Positions 59,776-64,000 of a stretch of DNA of 64,000 nt are shown here, piece by piece. The notes under the pieces were generated by a model, which saw only the letters and a list, made by a program, of their open reading frames with translations, ran no database searches and was not told where the DNA came from. The stretch is from an uncultured Planctomycetaceae bacterium. Lineage in GTDB: Bacteria; Planctomycetota; Planctomycetia; Planctomycetales; Planctomycetaceae. Where the stretch lies: contig CAXBME010000029.1 of the NCBI GenBank assembly GCA_963976765.1, forward strand, positions 1 to 64,000. The letters are read 5' to 3'. Every line of letters starts with the position of its first letter. Positions within the stretch are counted from its first letter, which is position 1. The translations under genes and the position numbers were made by a program.

Positions 59776-62400
59776 ATGAGCCTCACCGGATTTGCCCGCC
59801 ACGTCGTTCCCTGTCTCGCTTTTGCTGCGACTTTCCTGTCCTTTGTGCTTGGCATGCCCGATGCGCTGCTCGCCGCAGAAACGGTCAGCGAGGAAGCGCT
59901 GGCCGCACATGCGGCAGGCAACTCGCCGATGGTCATCGGTTGCTGGGCAGCCAGCCTGATTGGTTCGCTGACCGCCCTGTTCTTTGCTCGCCGCTTCTTC
60001 ATGTGGATGGTGATGCAGGATGAGGGTGACGACGAAATGGTTCGCATTGCCGGACATGTTCGCCAGGGCGCGGATGCCTACCTCAGGCAGCAGTACCGGC
60101 TGGTGGCCATCTTCTTCATGTTTACCTGCGTCCTGCTTGTCATCATCGCATACGTGTTTAACGCCCAGTCCAGATGGGTGCCCTTCGCGTTCGTCACTGG
60201 CGGATTCTTTTCTGGCCTGGCTGGCTGGTTCGGGATGAAGACAGCGACACTTGCAAGTTCACGGACTGCAGCAGCAGCTCGGAACTCTCTGAACCAGGGA
60301 TTACAGGTTGCTTTCCGGAGCGGGGCAGTTATGGGCCTCGTTGTCGTCGGACTCGGTTTGCTCGATATCTGCGCATGGTTTGCTGTCTTGAACTGGGTCT
60401 ATCCGGCGCTGCCAGGCGGACACATCATCGGACTGGAAGAAATCAGCGTGACGATGCTCTGCTTCGGGATGGGAGCAAGCAGTCAGGCTCTGTTTGCACG
60501 AGTCGGCGGGGGAATCTTTACAAAAGCTGCCGACGTCGGGGCTGACCTGGTGGGAAAAGTCGAAGCGGGGATTCCGGAAGACGATCCACGAAACCCGGCC
60601 ACGATTGCTGACAACGTCGGCGACAACGTGGGCGATGTCGCGGGAATGGGGGCAGACCTTTACGAATCCTATTGTGGGTCGATTCTGGCCAGTGCCGCTT
60701 TAGGCGTGGCTGCTTTCAGTGGCTACCCGACGATGCAGTACATGATGGTTCTGCTTCCGATGTTGCTGGCCGCCTGTGGGATCGTCGTTTCGATCTTTGG
60801 CATCCATCTCGTGCGAACGGAAGACGGAGCCACACAAAGAAATCTGCTGGCCGCTCTTGCGCGGGGCATCAATACCAGCAGTGTCCTCGTAGCGGTCGTG
60901 GCAGCGGGGTTGGTTTATCTTCTGCTGGTGGGGCCATCGAGCAGGGTTGAATTTGCCGCAGATTCAGTTCTGCCACGCGGGACGCAACTGTTCGGAGTGT
61001 TCTGGGCCGTCGTGACCGGGCTGGTGTCGGGAGTGACCATTGGTCGCTGGACCGAGTATTCCACCAGTGAAGAGTTTGCTCCGACAAAGCGAATTGCCGA
61101 TCAGGGAGTCACCGGCCCGGCAACGGTCATCATCGCCGGAATTGCGGAAGGCTTTTACAGCGTATGGGTGCCAATCGTTGTGATCGGTGTCGCGATTCTG
61201 GTGTCTTTCGGCGCGTGTACCGGGTTCGATTATGACGACCCTCAGTTGTTCGCGATGGGACTTTATGGTGTCGCGATTTCTGCGGTGGGAATGTTGAGCA
61301 CGCTGGGGATTACTCTGGCGACAGATGCCTATGGTCCGATTGCCGACAACGCCGGCGGTAATGCTGAGATGAGCCACCAGGATCCATCGGTACGAAAACG
61401 TACGGATGCACTGGACAGTCTGGGAAACACCACAGCCGCGACAGGCAAGGGGTTTGCAATTGGCTCGGCAGCGCTGACGGCTCTTGCGCTGCTGGCAGCC
61501 TATGTCGAGGAAGTGCGAGTCGGTATCGACCGGTGGGCAGAAGATTTCGATGACGCCGTCGCGGTGTCAACGAGTCTGGAAGACGCTACGGTTGTCAAAG
61601 TTGGACGGAATATCGTGGCCGTGAGAATGGCTGAAGGGCAACATCCGGAGCCGTGGCTTTTGATTCCTCGCGTACGGCCTGAGAGCGATTCCGCCATGGG
61701 GAATATGATCAAGGCGGAAACCAGTCAGGTTGTTGAGCACGTCAATCTGGTTGAACTTTCAAAGATTGGCGCCGTGGTCAAGAACCACAAAGCGACAATT
61801 CCTGATTACTCAAAATTCTACGACGTAACGATCATGAATCCGCGAGTTCTTGTCGGTGCGTTCATGGGCGTCATGCTGGCGTTCGTGTTCTGTGCCATGA
61901 CAATGAAGGCGGTTGGACGCGCTGCCGGCAAGATGGTCGAGGAAGTGCGGCGTCAGTTCCGAGAGATTCCTGGAATTATGGAAGGCACCGGTGAACCTGA
62001 ATACGCCGCCTGTGTCGCCATCAGTACGGCGGCCGCTCAGAAAGAAATGATGCTGCCGTCGGTGATTGGGCTGGTTGTTCCGATTGTCGTGGGGTTGCTG
62101 TTGGGGGTTGCTGGCGTTATGGGGATGTTGGCAGGTGGCCTGACGGCCGGATTTGCGGTGGCTATCATGATGGCAAATTCGGGCGGAGCCTGGGACAATG
62201 CGAAAAAGTACATCGAGTCCGGGGCTCACGGTGGAAAAGGGACGGAGGCTCACAAGGCGACCGTTGTCGGGGACACAGTGGGTGACCCCTTTAAGGATAC
62301 AAGTGGTCCCAGTTTGAATATTCTGATCAAACTTATGAGTATGGTGTCGGTGGTGTTCGCCGGACTGATTGTTAAGTACTGTATCTTCAACTTCTTTTAA
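59776..62400 (+). CDS. hppA: K+-dependent membrane pyrophosphatase (Na+- or Na+,H+-translocating)
   Basis: [61 protein letters not shown]. Confidence 0.96.
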   Translation: MSLTGFARHVVPCLAFAATFLSFVLGMPDALLAAETVSEEALAAHAAGNSPMVIGCWAASLIGSLTALFFARRFFMWMVMQDEGDDEMVRIAGHVRQGADAYLRQQYRLVAIFFMFTCVLLVIIAYVFNAQSRWVPFAFVTGGFFSGLAGWFGMKTATLASSRTAAAARNSLNQGLQVAFRSGAVMGLVVVGLGLLDICAWFAVLNWVYPALPGGHIIGLEEISVTMLCFGMGASSQALFARVGGGIFTKAADVGADLVGKVEAGIPEDDPRNPATIADNVGDNVGDVAGMGADLYESYCGSILASAALGVAAFSGYPTMQYMMVLLPMLLAACGIVVSIFGIHLVRTEDGATQRNLLAALARGINTSSVLVAVVAAGLVYLLLVGPSSRVEFAADSVLPRGTQLFGVFWAVVTGLVSGVTIGRWTEYSTSEEFAPTKRIADQGVTGPATVIIAGIAEGFYSVWVPIVVIGVAILVSFGACTGFDYDDPQLFAMGLYGVAISAVGMLSTLGITLATDAYGPIADNAGGNAEMSHQDPSVRKRTDALDSLGNTTAATGKGFAIGSAALTALALLAAYVEEVRVGIDRWAEDFDDAVAVSTSLEDATVVKVGRNIVAVRMAEGQHPEPWLLIPRVRPESDSAMGNMIKAETSQVVEHVNLVELSKIGAVVKNHKATIPDYSKFYDVTIMNPRVLVGAFMGVMLAFVFCAMTMKAVGRAAGKMVEEVRRQFREIPGIMEGTGEPEYAACVAISTAAAQKEMMLPSVIGLVVPIVVGLLLGVAGVMGMLAGGLTAGFAVAIMMANSGGAWDNAKKYIESGAHGGKGTEAHKATVVGDTVGDPFKDTSGPSLNILIKLMSMVSVVFAGLIVKYCIFNFF

Positions 62401-62409
62401 GAGTATTCC

Positions 62410-62874
62410 GTGTCTTCAGGAACCGCCCTCGATATGTCAGTGACCGAAAACAGTCAGGTCGACGAAAACTTTGAAACCGCAAGGCTGGTCGCTCGAATCG
62501 CTGATGATTTCCGCGGGAAAGACATCCTTCTGCTCGACATGCGGTCGATTACGCCCATCGTCGATTTCTTTGTCATCGTAACGGCGACCAGTCAACGGCA
62601 GATGAAGGCTTTGGGAGAAGAAGTCGCCCGCGTGATGAAAAAACGCGGCCAGCGGCGACTTGGCGAAGAAGGGGCTGACGGCGACGGGGTCTGGGTGTTG
62701 CAGGATTTCGGCGATATCGTCCTGCATGTGTTTTCTCCGGAAGGCCGCGAACTTTATGACCTGGAAGGTCTCTGGGCCGACGCTCCACGACTGGAACTCG
62801 AACTTTCGCAGAATTCTGCCGCAGCTGATGAATCCTCAGAAGGTTCCGAGGCGGAAGGCGTGGACGTAGAGTAG
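62410..62874 (+). CDS. rsfS: Ribosome silencing factor
   Basis: DILLLD, DFFVIVT, WVLQDFGDIVLHVF...RELYDLEGLWADA. Confidence 0.93.
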   Translation: MSSGTALDMSVTENSQVDENFETARLVARIADDFRGKDILLLDMRSITPIVDFFVIVTATSQRQMKALGEEVARVMKKRGQRRLGEEGADGDGVWVLQDFGDIVLHVFSPEGRELYDLEGLWADAPRLELELSQNSAAADESSEGSEAEGVDVE

Positions 62875-63100
62875 CCCGAGGCCGTTGGCGTTTGATTCAG
62901 CCCGCCGACCCAGGCATACCGCCAGGTTCGATGAGTTTGCAGGCTGGAACGAGCACCGCTCAGTTTCCGCTGCAAGGGCCATTCTCTGCCGGAACTGCGT
63001 GGCGATTGTTCCAGCCTGTGGAAACGGCTCATCGGTTCCGTTTACGGGGCGAGCGGGTCGACGATCAACTCAATCAGAAATTACAAACGCGGAAGCTTTC

Positions 63101-64000
63101 ATGAGTGCACTGCAGGAAATTCGAAACCGGTTTGCCCCGGTGCTTGCTGACTTGACCAACGACGTTGATGCATCCTTGAGCATGATTCGTTCGTCGCAGG
63201 ATCCGAAGTTCGGTGACTTTCAGGCCAACTGTGCGATGCCACTGGCAAAGAAGTCTGGCGTCGCGCCGCGCGACCTGGCTCAGCAGATGGTCGATCAGGT
63301 GCAGCTTGATGATTTCTGCGAAACAGTCGAAGTGGCAGGTCCAGGGTTTATTAATCTGAAGCTGCGAACCGACTGGCTGGAGCAACAGGCCAGAGTAATC
63401 GTTGGCGATGATCGGCTCGGTGTGCAGCAGGTCGAGCCGAAGAAGATCGTGATTGACTATTCGTCTCCAAATGTTGCCAAGCCCATGCACGTCGGGCATC
63501 TCCGGAGTTCGGTGATCGGCAACTGTCTCGAACGTGTCCTGCGGTTTCTCGGCCACGATGTGATTTCAGATAATCACATCGGTGATTGGGGAACACAGTT
63601 TGGGATGATCATCTATGGCTATCGTCACTTCGTTGATCAAGCCGCCTATTCCACTGAGCCGGTGACCGAACTGGCTCGACTCTATCGTCTGGTCAATCAG
63701 CTCTCTGACTACCACGACGCCTGCCGAAAGCAGCCAGCACTGGAAGAGCAGATTTCTAACTGTGTGGAGCAGATCGCTCAGCTCGAAAGCTCCGACGAAG
63801 AACCGAAGAAGAAAAAGAAGGCTCTCAAGAAACTGCGAAGCGAGCACGACGGCCTGCAGGAAACGCTGGCTGGCATGCAGTCCAAAAGGGACGCAATCGA
63901 CGGCGATCCTGAACTTCAAAAGCTGGCTGGCGAGCATGCCGACATTGCACGGTTGGCTCGTTTGGAAACGGCAAAGCTGCATTCAGGGGACGAAGAAAAT
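63101..64000 (+). CDS. argS: Arginine--tRNA ligase (runs off the window)
   Basis: Manual translation from ATG 63101: FGDFQANCAM, AGPGFIN, DYSSPNVAKPMHVGHLRS, DNHIGDWGTQFG. Confidence 0.95.
   Translation, partial: MSALQEIRNRFAPVLADLTNDVDASLSMIRSSQDPKFGDFQANCAMPLAKKSGVAPRDLAQQMVDQVQLDDFCETVEVAGPGFINLKLRTDWLEQQARVIVGDDRLGVQQVEPKKIVIDYSSPNVAKPMHVGHLRSSVIGNCLERVLRFLGHDVISDNHIGDWGTQFGMIIYGYRHFVDQAAYSTEPVTELARLYRLVNQLSDYHDACRKQPALEEQISNCVEQIAQLESSDEEPKKKKKALKKLRSEHDGLQETLAGMQSKRDAIDGDPELQKLAGEHADIARLARLETAKLHSGDEEN

Overview
Bacterial chromosomal segment, almost certainly from a planctomycete (Planctomycetaceae-like). Evidence: LEPR-XLL leader protein, DUF1559 prepilin-like protein, BBP2-type porin, ECF/Ser-Thr kinase genes and an rplY-pth-rpsF-ssb-rplI-dnaB block without rpsR. 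The left ~11 kb is accessory: a large FG-GAP/RTX repeat protein running off the edge, an ECF sigma, two Ser/Thr kinases, a PP2C phosphatase and a probable integrase remnant. The rest is mostly housekeeping (selO, glnE, rlmN, sufS/E, trxB, bioF, cimA, valS, hppA, rsfS, argS). Most striking: an operon of a P1B-type metal ATPase fused to an HflK-like SPFH domain followed by hflC and hflK, with no ftsH nearby. Also notable: an Ile-rich leader-peptide attenuator before cimA, a ~180-nt 6S-like RNA, a GlnE with GlnD-type ACT domains, and a membrane PPase with the Na+,H+-PPase signature. All calls come from reading motifs by eye; no database searches were run.
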